From a virus, in the IMG/VR virus record IMGVR_UViG_3300046543_000386, positions 2,754 to 66,753 of that record: DNA of 64,000 nt; one strand, 5' to 3'. Under the pieces are notes generated by a model. It saw only the letters and a program-made list of their open reading frames with translations, was not told the DNA's origin and searched no databases. Of this stretch, positions 18,701 through 25,872 are shown piece by piece. The first letter of the stretch is position 1, and each line of letters starts with the position of its first letter. Both the position numbers and the translations under genes were made by a program.

Positions 18701-19355
18701 CACCAAAGGCGCCTGCTTTGATGGCATCACCCTTCAGCCCCGATTGCTGCTGCGCGTTCTGCATCTGTTGCGCGTTCAGCAGCGAGTTCACCACGTTGCC
18801 CATGTAGGGCGACATGTATTGATTGGTGTTCAGCGCCCCGGGATCGACCTGTTGGGCGCCCGCCATGGTGAACGGCGTGGCCGCCGCCAGCCCGCCCGTG
18901 ACGGCCTGCGTGGCCGCCTGATTGTAAGCCGATCCGGTCTGCTGGGCGCCCTGGTAGCCCTGCCCTGACGCCGTGAGCCAGGGCTGCGCGCTGTTGGCGG
19001 CGTTGTAGTATTGCCCGACCGCCTGCCCCTCCAGACCCTGCGCCTGCCCATAGGCGTTGCCTATCGTGTTCTGCGACGCCGTGATGTAGGGCGTGGCCCC
19101 TTGCTGGGCCGCGTTCAATATATTCGTCGCCGCGCCGAAGAATGGCTGCGCCTGCCCGGCATACTGGTTGGTGTTGTTGATCGCCGCCTGCTGCGTCCCC
19201 GTCAGATTGGCGACGAACGCGTTGGGATCGTCGGAATACTTCTGGAACGGCGTCTTGGCCGCGTTCTCGGCCGTGGCATTGACGGAATTATACCGCGCCA
19301 TCACCTCCGGAGGGATCTGGATGGTCGATGATGAGTTGGTGTTCTTACCGCCCAT
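12780..19355 (-). CDS. large DNA-ejection/pilot-like internal virion protein with internal S74-like domain
   Basis: MGGK start, Q/A/G-rich N-terminal 440 aa, FSDERLKEDI...IGLSAQD...PDAV...MVDYD, Pro/Ala-rich remainder; follows the GNAT-like gene as in podovirus modules. Confidence 0.72.
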   Translation of the reverse strand: MGGKNTNSSSTIQIPPEVMARYNSVNATAENAAKTPFQKYSDDPNAFVANLTGTQQAAINNTNQYAGQAQPFFGAATNILNAAQQGATPYITASQNTIGNAYGQAQGLEGQAVGQYYNAANSAQPWLTASGQGYQGAQQTGSAYNQAATQAVTGGLAAATPFTMAGAQQVDPGALNTNQYMSPYMGNVVNSLLNAQQMQNAQQQSGLKGDAIKAGAFGGDRAGVAQANLGYQQNMANQQQLANVLQSGYTQAQNTAAQQQGQQLAASQANRQAMANTGQQLYSQMTGTGQQLANIGQQAYGQGAQTAQGYGQLAGQESGLYNQLAQGLGTTAQQSFGQGATTAQQQAALGNQLYTEGANTSKQLADLGTGSQTAGLQGAQAQMAAGQVQQQTNQAGLSALYNQFLQQQAYPFQTSQFLANIAEGTGALSGSSTTGSQSSSFFSDERLKEDIEPIGKTFDGQNIIKFRYKGDPRHQIGLSAQDTERHHPDAVGLGAHGYKMVDYDEATRGAAERGHFAMGGSALGKGTASPTSTMIPPDLMNSFTGRPSPPVSNTPKGTTSAPGTPVPQDVMSSFSSAQQAANSQAAQATMPPAISNTPKGTTSASSTPIPANVQAANCRPGFAAGGGAVPGDWPDLGLAAGNYTGAVDKAFASLPPSPGPVSGSLPKLGASLDDASLPSFSMADLNKAVSAYADTSKDSFARLKADPVAGVAGGNLPPVPEAGTPAPAQPTPAASTPVAPLKGPDPAALAPVAKAPEAAAPAAKAPDPAPVAAPVNLDAHDNWTGSEGGGGGGNYRGGLVRASGGQAEAVDPYASPIMKGWQTGLYSGKKPGYVPTDGAPPTRKLLTADLPKASDPGAGAKEGVSTANDLTKLYKSSKDIWDDKDKNKIIGTTTPGAPSTPAPGLAPPAPATPSTAAPATATTAPDPSLWDQATNWVSDKYHDVFGSAAGGRVGLAGGGYMDQPGIDDLTDGERKELMKAPPPPPEGPGITQTFQSMLFGKAHGGRVGLAGGGLPYSQDEGGYMGQAGVTDDKHKDRALQVAQLPHAPPSGGAGQTISTANQAVQMGKTGKNIYESDWFGRNFLGKTSPGTNPSVAPGNAAPTTPVTSEPLGAPSPTTPVTAEPLGPPGGASPPMNAAPLPTPPTPPVAEAGEVPGGLAGSTAEAAAPSTMMASNAAAGAAGDAAAAGAGAGAGEAATAAAAAAASEAAAAAAAGTTAAATAGAATAAEVAPLLLVALAKSGGYIKARRRRKFREGGSPTADDNTDAQWISELPSTPDVDPNLESNRGLVPRSLPPQAVPSEAEPLPEAKPDTAILKEDPAAVSRRMVEPTVVEGTKEAQARRDPPSEAVTPTPGLVPKVRMATPDERPPGPDDTVEYRDPDTGEIKRTLKPPPPLPPGQGPQADFDPSKPFEFQTANWNRDQFGEAWRYPQRYGTDRDTVEAIMASRGMAGPNFDDKLARWGRAIVPGNTAVRPPAPHFEDKPPAAQEWTPAIQPGLAPHEREGEQASTRARALELGLGAAKPDEKSGPAGVPPTPAQMAAAKNAPYSPQNPVEEAGFKLRNILFPQKDEIPPPTNAGAPGKPATPAPAVPAAPAVPAAPAVAAKPGAPATTAAGAPAAPAAPRPGLAGNDNVADQLNARSLEAARAGRGYTPVGAGFDYAANAPSIPAPGLGGGVPNTWGQPSAPGATVDGQPAFMVGSTGSGAPPPAAGVDQRVGRFGTADGFSPQAPAPGPQAPPAPPPGNQPWLGAAPAAAPAGLVPPPQQQPQQQQQQGGGDEKPGWISRNQDWLMPLLTGIGTMASSPSRYLGSAILQGIGGAAGAYENVQSQMQERAAQAAKTTAQQQANRRASSFYMPGTSEGYMTEVYDNVDRRNKLIPTSDFLAHQERYTRSGEGGGAAVGSAPGSATAQPGSGQPIDTTPRPATPVPLSGVNVGGNTDAYADEDRRTAMSAPPGMTEKYQADSVNKIHAIGDAADMSRAARPTLVPLLQSLTAPPNDVNWAQRVLNAPGAQSETRSAILKTVNTYAKAILPDFEGFGDADTLQDISRKLNAINGSDRARLGDQRSLGALNELMAAFPNRQMTPQAAAEIAGTFASGNQRALDKQQYAPHYGPGPIRIYGNNFERAFEERNPQSQYNAEATAIKRALLDPEMKKAWDLIQSGKGTQKQIDRLFRDRYGVDNMGRYFNPGG

Positions 19356-19860
19356 TTTGTGCCGCCTTGGCCGACGCCGTCATGGCGTTCCAGAGGAAAA
19401 ACGCCCCGGCGGGCTTGCCGAACTGGCGTTCATAAAGACGCACCTTCGCCTCGGTGCGGTCGTTGGACAGCACGCCGATCAGCAGCGGCAGGTTCATCTC
19501 CGTCGCCGCGCGCTTGGCGAACTCGCAAAACAGGCGCGCCCTGCCGCCCTTGGCGGCGCGATAGACGGGGTCCACGAACACCGCCTTCTCTTCCAGTACG
19601 TCCTCGTTGCTGTACCACATCTTGCCGATGCGCAGCACGATGGCCCCCTGGTAGGGGTCATCGATGCCGCCGATGATGCCGACAATGCCGCGATCCAGGC
19701 AGAGCGGCGGATAGATCTCCTCCAGCAGCCGCTCGGGCAATGGCTGCACGAAGCTGTTCTCGGCCGACGCCTTCAGCGCCATGGCCATCACGCCATCGAC
19801 GTCCTGGGGCACCCCGACCCTGACGCGCAGCACATGAGACGATGGGAACGGTTCAATCAC
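19345..19860 (-). CDS. GNAT-fold protein of the virion module
   Basis: EKAVFVDPVYRAAKGGRARLFCEFAKR...RLYERQFG; sits just before the ejection genes. Confidence 0.7.
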   Translation of the reverse strand: MIEPFPSSHVLRVRVGVPQDVDGVMAMALKASAENSFVQPLPERLLEEIYPPLCLDRGIVGIIGGIDDPYQGAIVLRIGKMWYSNEDVLEEKAVFVDPVYRAAKGGRARLFCEFAKRAATEMNLPLLIGVLSNDRTEAKVRLYERQFGKPAGAFFLWNAMTASAKAAQNGR

Positions 19861-20608
19861 GTTTGGGTCCTGGCAAGCCTTTCAGCGTCTTAACCGTTTT
19901 TGCCCGCAGGCGCTTAACAAACTCGTCCAGCACGCGATGGCCCATCTCGCGATCACCATCGCCCGCCGCCTCCACCTCGCGCGGGTGGAGCACGTATTCG
20001 CCCCCGGCCGCGATGATGGGCACGGGGGGATCGCCCGCATCGCCGCGCTTGCCGCCTGACGATTCGCCCGGCAAGGCGCCGCCATACGGCGCCGTGGACG
20101 CCTGCCCGTAGGGTGCCGCACCCTGGCCATAGGCTGCTGCCGCGCCCCCGTAGGGGACGGTCCCTTTGTTGTAGGGCAGGCCGCCGAAGATCCGCTTCAC
20201 CTGCTTGAACCCGTTCACCGTGTTGCCCTCGCCCAGGCCGCTGACGATGTCGGCGGGCAGCACGTAGGAGCCGGATTCGACATGCATCGGCAGGTGATCG
20301 GTACGTCCCGCCACACCGCTGTGGATCGGCCCGACATGGGTTTTGACGAAGTTGTAGCCCTCGTGCTTGGGCGGCTTGGTGGGCGGCGGGATGCCCGGCG
20401 GCTTGCGCGGGTTTGGCCCCTGCGGGGGAATGCCGGGAATGCCAGGAATGGCCGGGCCGGGCGCGAACCGCCCGCCGCGCGCCTTCACCTTGCGCGCCGT
20501 GTTCAGTGCCGCCGCGATGGCCTGATCGCGTGGATGCCCGGCATGGATCATCTCGGAGATGTTGCTGGAGATGGTTTCCTGGCTCTTGCCCTTGGCGAGC
20601 GGCATCAC
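19853..20608 (-). CDS. conserved-looking phage virion protein
   Basis: MPLAKGKSQETISSNISEM...QAIAAAL N-terminus; GRTDHLPMHVESGSYVLPADIVS and GEYVLHPREV motifs. Confidence 0.65.
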   Translation of the reverse strand: MMPLAKGKSQETISSNISEMIHAGHPRDQAIAAALNTARKVKARGGRFAPGPAIPGIPGIPPQGPNPRKPPGIPPPTKPPKHEGYNFVKTHVGPIHSGVAGRTDHLPMHVESGSYVLPADIVSGLGEGNTVNGFKQVKRIFGGLPYNKGTVPYGGAAAAYGQGAAPYGQASTAPYGGALPGESSGGKRGDAGDPPVPIIAAGGEYVLHPREVEAAGDGDREMGHRVLDEFVKRLRAKTVKTLKGLPGPKRD

Positions 20609-20961
20609 AGCACCGTCGAGTAGGAGATGGCGACCGTCATGCCGGTACCGGGACTGACCACGATCCCATACGCCACCGGCATGTCGAGCTTGTAGATCCC
20701 GACCGCCATCGGAATGGTCATGATCAGCCGCGCGGGCAGTGCCGACACAATCGAATTGGCGTCCCAGATGCTGCCGGTGGTGGTGCCCAGCACGATCACA
20801 CTGATGGTCACCACCCGCCCCGGTGCGGGCGACACCAGGGTCTGCACCTTCAGGCCGGGCGCGACGCTGCTGCCCGCCAGATTGAGCGTCATGGTGATCT
20901 GGCCGTTCAGCGCGGTGACGACGTTTTTATGCGTCGTCAGGATGTCGGTCATGGAAGTCAT
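20605..20961 (-). CDS. hypothetical virion protein
   Basis: MTSMTDILTTHKN..., TGATG-coupled to the nozzle gene. Confidence 0.65.
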   Translation of the reverse strand: MTSMTDILTTHKNVVTALNGQITMTLNLAGSSVAPGLKVQTLVSPAPGRVVTISVIVLGTTTGSIWDANSIVSALPARLIMTIPMAVGIYKLDMPVAYGIVVSPGTGMTVAISYSTVL

Positions 20962-23282
20962 CAGAACTTCCCATCCGGATGGTAACGGTAGCGCAGATTG
21001 CCGATGCGCCACCATGAGCCGACATCATTGCTGCCCAGGTAGATCGACACCAAGCGCCCCCGGAACCGGGGCGAAACGAAGGTCGAGGTCTTGGTCAGCG
21101 GGTATGGCCCATACTGCACCGGAGTTTGCCCGGCATAGTCGCTGACATAGAAAATCAGGTTCACCGTGGCCGCCTGCACGTGGTCGTAATAGCCCCACTT
21201 AGCGTCGGGCCAGACCTGATCCACGAAGGATTTCATGTCGGCCTCATCGATCACGAAGAAGCCGGTTTGGAAATACGACGGCATCGGCTGGCCGTCGGCG
21301 TCGGTGGACGTCTCGTGCTGGTACAGCAGCCTTGTCGCCGGATCGGCGCCGATGGGCGAGCCGAATATGCTCTGGTTCGTCCACGCGGTGCGGCCCAGCG
21401 TGCCAAAATCCCACTGGTTGATTATCGTATTGAACTTGATGTAGCGGCTGACCTCGGTGCCGCTGTCAGGCACGAAATACCACGCCACCTCGTTGAACTG
21501 CGAATTGGCGGCGAAGCGGATCTTGTCGGCGTTCCTGATCGAAAAATCCTGAAAGATCACGTCCCATGCCGGGCACGGGATCACCTGCACGCCCTCGCCC
21601 GAGAGCTTGTAGAACTGCGTCTGCGACATCCAATAGACGATACCGTTCAGGCTGCCCGCAGCGCGCCTGCCGATCAGGCCGCAGCCGGTGGCGATCTCGT
21701 TGAAGGAGTAGATGAAAGGCTGGCCGATATACTGCATCGCCCAGATCGACAGATCGGTCCACAGCAGCCCCTGCTGCGGCCCCTGGATGCCGCTGACAAT
21801 CCGCGATCCTTTGGGGATGCGATACGATCCGGCCTGATTGGTGGTCTTGGCCACCCACTCGGTATAATCTTCCACGTCGCACCACCGCACCAGCATGGGG
21901 TCGGGATAGCCACTGAAGCTCGACCCCCAGGCGATGATCTGCCGCTGCGGCATGGCCACGAAGCACCCGTCATTGGCGGGCGGGCCTTCCCAGATCACCG
22001 TGGCGAACGGCTCACCGCCGGTCGGGTCCCACTGAAAAATCGGGCTGGCCGCTAGTCGGATGGTACTGCCCTGGCCGGTGCCGGTGAAAGGCGCGGTGAT
22101 GGTGCTGGCGAACGACACCGACCCCGGCGAGGACGCGGTGACGTAATAGGTCCCATTGTAGCTGCTGGGGGACATGTTGAAGAGTTGGATCACGTTGCCC
22201 ACGGGCACGGTGTAGGTCGGCGTGAAATTGACTGTGACCACGCTGCCGGTGCCGCCGATGCCGGTGGGATGCAGGGCGACGAAGAACGGTACCACCGGGC
22301 AGGAAATGAGGATCTCGCCCCAGTTGTCGAGGCTCCAGTCTTCCGCGTAGATCGGCGTGCCGCTGACCGGCACGATGCGGGTGCCGGTGCCGTAGCCGCC
22401 GCTGCCGTAGCCGCCAAACCCGTAGCCCGATCCCGCCGGAACCGCGCCCGCGCCCATGTAGAAGGTGAGGTTGACCTTGCCGTTGTTCAGCGGCACGGAG
22501 CCGTTCGCGTTGGCCAGGGTGTTGGACATGATCGAGAAGTTATTGGCGTCCACCACGGCGAGAACGGAGTAGTTGCCGACCAGGGTGACGCCGTTCACGA
22601 CCAGCGGGATGAGCACATAGAAATCGGAGCCGACCGTCTGGCCGTGATTGGCCAGCAATACGTTCACGACGTTGGACGCGTTGGTGGTGGTGAACACCGG
22701 AACGGCGCCGCCATTCGCAACCGTGGCCGTGGCAAATACTGGGTTGTTCAGAATGTCCACGGCATAAATATTAAATGCCACAGCACTGAGAAGATTATGA
22801 CATTGATAGAACCCAAAAAGAACAAGGCCGCCAATACTAACAGGAGTTGAAATGAAGACTGAGTCATAGTCCGTCACATTAGTTAATGCATCAACCACAT
22901 TGACGATGTTGCTGCCTATCGTCGTGGTGAAATTGACCGCGACATTATCGACAATGGCGCGCGGCGTGATGGTGTTCTGTGAGCTTGCGCCGGTTCGCGT
23001 GACGAAATCGATGGATTGCAGCGACCCCACCAGGGAGGTGTCCGCCGCGCAGCCGACGGCCATGTGCTGGTTGTTGTTGAGATCCTGCCATGGCCACAGC
23101 GCGCGCGGGATGGTGGGGAACGGGGTAGGCCAGAATTTCTGCCAGCCGCCCAGCTTCTGCACCAGCACGAACTTCCCATCCGGCACGTAGCGGATCAGGT
23201 TGCAGTCAGTGACGGCGGCTTCGCCCAGGGTCGGGGTGACATTGGTGTCGAGCGGCAGGATCTTCAGGGACGCATGGGGCAT
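20961..23282 (-). CDS. tail nozzle / head-closure (stabilisation) protein
   Basis: 773 aa; beta-propeller-like motifs (VQKLGGW, DWSLDNWGE, PMLVRWCD, NQAGSYRI, NEVAWYF, WDFGTLGRTAW, PRFRGR); inserted beta-rich domains. Confidence 0.72.
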   Translation of the reverse strand: MPHASLKILPLDTNVTPTLGEAAVTDCNLIRYVPDGKFVLVQKLGGWQKFWPTPFPTIPRALWPWQDLNNNQHMAVGCAADTSLVGSLQSIDFVTRTGASSQNTITPRAIVDNVAVNFTTTIGSNIVNVVDALTNVTDYDSVFISTPVSIGGLVLFGFYQCHNLLSAVAFNIYAVDILNNPVFATATVANGGAVPVFTTTNASNVVNVLLANHGQTVGSDFYVLIPLVVNGVTLVGNYSVLAVVDANNFSIMSNTLANANGSVPLNNGKVNLTFYMGAGAVPAGSGYGFGGYGSGGYGTGTRIVPVSGTPIYAEDWSLDNWGEILISCPVVPFFVALHPTGIGGTGSVVTVNFTPTYTVPVGNVIQLFNMSPSSYNGTYYVTASSPGSVSFASTITAPFTGTGQGSTIRLAASPIFQWDPTGGEPFATVIWEGPPANDGCFVAMPQRQIIAWGSSFSGYPDPMLVRWCDVEDYTEWVAKTTNQAGSYRIPKGSRIVSGIQGPQQGLLWTDLSIWAMQYIGQPFIYSFNEIATGCGLIGRRAAGSLNGIVYWMSQTQFYKLSGEGVQVIPCPAWDVIFQDFSIRNADKIRFAANSQFNEVAWYFVPDSGTEVSRYIKFNTIINQWDFGTLGRTAWTNQSIFGSPIGADPATRLLYQHETSTDADGQPMPSYFQTGFFVIDEADMKSFVDQVWPDAKWGYYDHVQAATVNLIFYVSDYAGQTPVQYGPYPLTKTSTFVSPRFRGRLVSIYLGSNDVGSWWRIGNLRYRYHPDGKF

Positions 23283-23285
23283 CGC

Positions 23286-24065
23286 CTAGCCCCGCGTCGG
23301 GCTGGCGGCCACCGCCGGGGACTGCGAGGTCCACGCCGCCGCCTGGAAGCGCCTGCGCGCCTCTTCCACCGAAGCCGCCCGCAGCAGCATCTGATATTGC
23401 ATCTCGTAGCTCGGACCCATCTGCGGGTCGTTCGACGCCGGGCCGAAATTGCGCTGGAACTGCGAGACGTAAATCATCGACGCCTGCACCAGCATGTCGG
23501 GCAATTGGCTGGAGATGTAGGTGGTGGCGGTGTCGGCCAGCACCGGCACGGCATAGGCGTAGAGCGTCTGCATGCGCCGTGTGCCGCTGAGGATGACCGG
23601 ATAATCCAGATCCGGTATCGGCCCGACGATGACGTTCTGGAAGGTGTTGCCCGATGTCGTCGCGTCCCCGCCACTCATGGCGAAATACCGGGGCGTGCCC
23701 AGGGTCGAGCCTATCGGGTGAATGTTCTGCAAGAACTCCTTGGTCACCGGCAGCAGCGGCGTGTGCATCTGATCCACGACAAGGCTGAAGGTTTGCAGGA
23801 TCTCGAAATCGTTCAGATCGATGGGAAGCTGACGGCTACCCGTCGTCAGCGAATACTCGATGTCCGTCACCTGCGACTGCGTCAGATCCATGTCGCGCTG
23901 GATGCGCAGTTCCGCGTAGTTCAGCATCTGCGGGATGAGATTATTGAACGCGTCGTCCACGCCCACGACCACGCCGCCGGTCTTCTGCACGTTGACGACG
24001 GTCATCAACGCCACTTGGGTGATGTACGTGTTGTAGGTCAGGGCGGATGTGGCTTGCAGCGGCAT
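23286..24065 (-). CDS. head-tail adaptor-like protein
   Basis: LTYNTY...NYAELRIQRD...GTPRYFA...VGPIPDLDY...PDMLVQAS...YEMQYQ; precedes the nozzle gene. Confidence 0.7.
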   Translation of the reverse strand: MPLQATSALTYNTYITQVALMTVVNVQKTGGVVVGVDDAFNNLIPQMLNYAELRIQRDMDLTQSQVTDIEYSLTTGSRQLPIDLNDFEILQTFSLVVDQMHTPLLPVTKEFLQNIHPIGSTLGTPRYFAMSGGDATTSGNTFQNVIVGPIPDLDYPVILSGTRRMQTLYAYAVPVLADTATTYISSQLPDMLVQASMIYVSQFQRNFGPASNDPQMGPSYEMQYQMLLRAASVEEARRRFQAAAWTSQSPAVAASPTRG

Positions 24066-24079
24066 GGCCAGGGTCCGCC

Positions 24080-24120
24080 ATAAAATGTGGGACGGCAGCC
24101 CATTAGGCTACCATCCCACA
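24080..24120 (-). terminator. rho-independent terminator closing the PEP-CTERM moron
   Basis: Minus strand TGTGGGATGGTAGCC-TAATG-GGCTGCCGTCCCACA-TTTTAT: 15-bp stem fully paired only in this orientation (two G-U pairs). Confidence 0.78.
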
Positions 24121-24137
24121 CCGTAGTCACGCAAAGA

Positions 24138-24227
24138 TCAGTCCCAATCTCCGCGCCAGACCCGGAACATGAACGTCAGCCCGGCGACGACGACGCCCAA
24201 GGCCAGGATCAGAAACAGGGTCCACAT
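24138..24227 (-). CDS. 29-aa single-TM micropeptide
   Basis: MWTLFLILALGVVVAGLTFMFRVWRGDWD; TGATG coupling to the upstream peptide. Confidence 0.55.
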   Translation of the reverse strand: MWTLFLILALGVVVAGLTFMFRVWRGDWD

Positions 24228-24310
24228 CAGCGATAGTAGAGCGTCGCGGTGCAGATCGTGGCCACGACCCCCACCGCGAAGCCCACCAGCAAGCCTATGC
24301 TAAACCACAC
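24227..24310 (-). CDS. 27-aa single-TM micropeptide
   Basis: (GTG) MWFSIGLLVGFAVGVVATICTATLYYR; overlaps the PEP-CTERM stop. Confidence 0.5.
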   Translation of the reverse strand: MWFSIGLLVGFAVGVVATICTATLYYR

Positions 24311-25025
24311 GACGCCGACGCAGGATGGTCATGCCAACAAGGCCGACCCCCAGCAACGCCATCGAGGCGGGTTCCGGCGTGTCCACAGCGCTGAGGATAG
24401 GCACGATGTAGAAGGACTCGCCGCCGTCCACGGCATGATCCCAGCTTGCCTGGAATATCAGCCGGTCGCCCGGCTGGATGATACCATTGCCGAGATTGAA
24501 ACCGGTGATCAGATAGTCGGCTGAACCGTTGCCGTTACGGATGTCGGGCATTGCGAAATCCGTGCTCAGGTCGAAGATGATCCTGCTGCCAGGATCAGCA
24601 TCGAGATCGATCAGCCTGAAGGCGGTCAACACTTCAGACTTGGCCCCCGTGGAGTTGACATCCACGGCCACGCCAAAGGTAAGGCCGAGATCGCCCAGTC
24701 CCTGAAGCAAGGAGATAAGCTGGCTACCCGTGTAGGGTGTGCCCTGGACATCGTTCCCGAACGCGCCGGTCAAGTTGGACGAGAACAAGTTGAAGCTGCT
24801 GTCGTTGCCGGTGCTGACGAAGTTGTTGAAGCCAAAGCCTGCGGGCTGACCGCCGACGTTGGTAGCGCAGATGATGCACGGATCGGAGATCGACTGCGGT
24901 ACCACCTGAGCATCACTCAACGCCGTGATGGTCAGGTTGTCGAACGCATCCGCGTGGGCGGGGGCGACCTGGGCGAAGGCGGCAATCGCTACCGCCATCA
25001 CCCCTGCGACGAGATAGTTCTTCAT
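24300..25025 (-). CDS. PEP-CTERM sorting-domain surface protein
   Basis: Signal peptide ending PAHA; C-terminus TPEPASMALLGVGLVGMTILRRRRVV. Confidence 0.92.
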   Translation of the reverse strand: MKNYLVAGVMAVAIAAFAQVAPAHADAFDNLTITALSDAQVVPQSISDPCIICATNVGGQPAGFGFNNFVSTGNDSSFNLFSSNLTGAFGNDVQGTPYTGSQLISLLQGLGDLGLTFGVAVDVNSTGAKSEVLTAFRLIDLDADPGSRIIFDLSTDFAMPDIRNGNGSADYLITGFNLGNGIIQPGDRLIFQASWDHAVDGGESFYIVPILSAVDTPEPASMALLGVGLVGMTILRRRRVV

Positions 25026-25741
25026 GCCTGCCGCCGACGATAAGCCGCACCCAGGCCGACAAGACCGGCGCCCAGGATCAGCATGGAGGCAGGCTCAGGT
25101 ACCGCTGCCGCGAAGAGTTCAGTCTGGCCGCGATTGACCAACTGCCCGCCTGCCACCAGCGTGCCCGACACGCGCTCAGTCATCGAGAACGGCCCGGCGA
25201 TGGCGAGGTTGCCAAAATCGGCGGCGCTATAGCCGTCAGCAGCCAGGGCCGCCGTCTTTTGGAAGGTCGAAAGCAGCACGCCAGGGGTATCGTTGGCGTT
25301 GTCGGCGCCCTGAGCGTTGGCGGCGTCGGCATACCATTGCATCAGCACGTCGGAGCCAACCGCTTGCTGCCACGTGCCGGAACCGGCGACGTTCCACGCC
25401 GAAACCGGACCAAGGAAGCCGGTGTCGGAGACGGTGAAGGTCACCGGAACGGAGATGCCCAGCGTGTTGATCAGCGACGTGCTGCTGGTGTTCAGGATGT
25501 CCGTGCCGGGGTTGGCCGCAGTGCCCGTCGAGGTTTGAATCGACGTGTTGACCAGAATGCCCCCGATGGTCTGGTTGGCAATCTGGATCGTGCCGGTCGA
25601 GAGGTCGGTGTCGCAGAGCGCGTTATCGACGCAGGAAAAGTTTGTGTTGCCGAACGTGGCCGAGATCTGCAACACGGCATGGGCTGGACCGGCGAGAGCC
25701 AGCCCTCCCAACGCCGTGGCCGCAAAGAGTAGATTTCGCAT
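25022..25741 (-). CDS. PEP-CTERM sorting-domain surface protein
   Basis: Signal peptide ending PAHA; C-terminus VPEPASMLILGAGLVGLGAAYRRRQA; AAGGGA RBS. Confidence 0.93.
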   Translation of the reverse strand: MRNLLFAATALGGLALAGPAHAVLQISATFGNTNFSCVDNALCDTDLSTGTIQIANQTIGGILVNTSIQTSTGTAANPGTDILNTSSTSLINTLGISVPVTFTVSDTGFLGPVSAWNVAGSGTWQQAVGSDVLMQWYADAANAQGADNANDTPGVLLSTFQKTAALAADGYSAADFGNLAIAGPFSMTERVSGTLVAGGQLVNRGQTELFAAAVPEPASMLILGAGLVGLGAAYRRRQA

Positions 25742-25786
25742 TGTGGTTCCCTTCTTTACACCGCCACATGGCGGCAGGGGATTTGA

Positions 25787-25802
25787 TGCTCGTATCGTGC
25801 CA
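25787..25802 (-). promoter_or_regulatory. sigma54 (-24/-12) promoter
   Basis: Minus strand TGGCACGATACGAGCA: exact TGGCACG -24 box and GG-N10-GC spacing; TT of TTGC replaced by GA. Confidence 0.65.
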
Positions 25803-25839
25803 CTGACAGATGTCAGCCAAAAACCCGTTTGTCGTGTGG

Positions 25840-25872
25840 TGTAAGGATACCACAGTGTAAAGTTTTCCGACT
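25840..25872 (-). promoter_or_regulatory. putative enhancer-binding-protein site(s) (PEP-CTERM box-like)
   Basis: Minus strand AGTCGGAAAACTTTACA-C-TGTGGTATCCTTACA, about 40-70 bp upstream of the -24 box. Confidence 0.5.
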
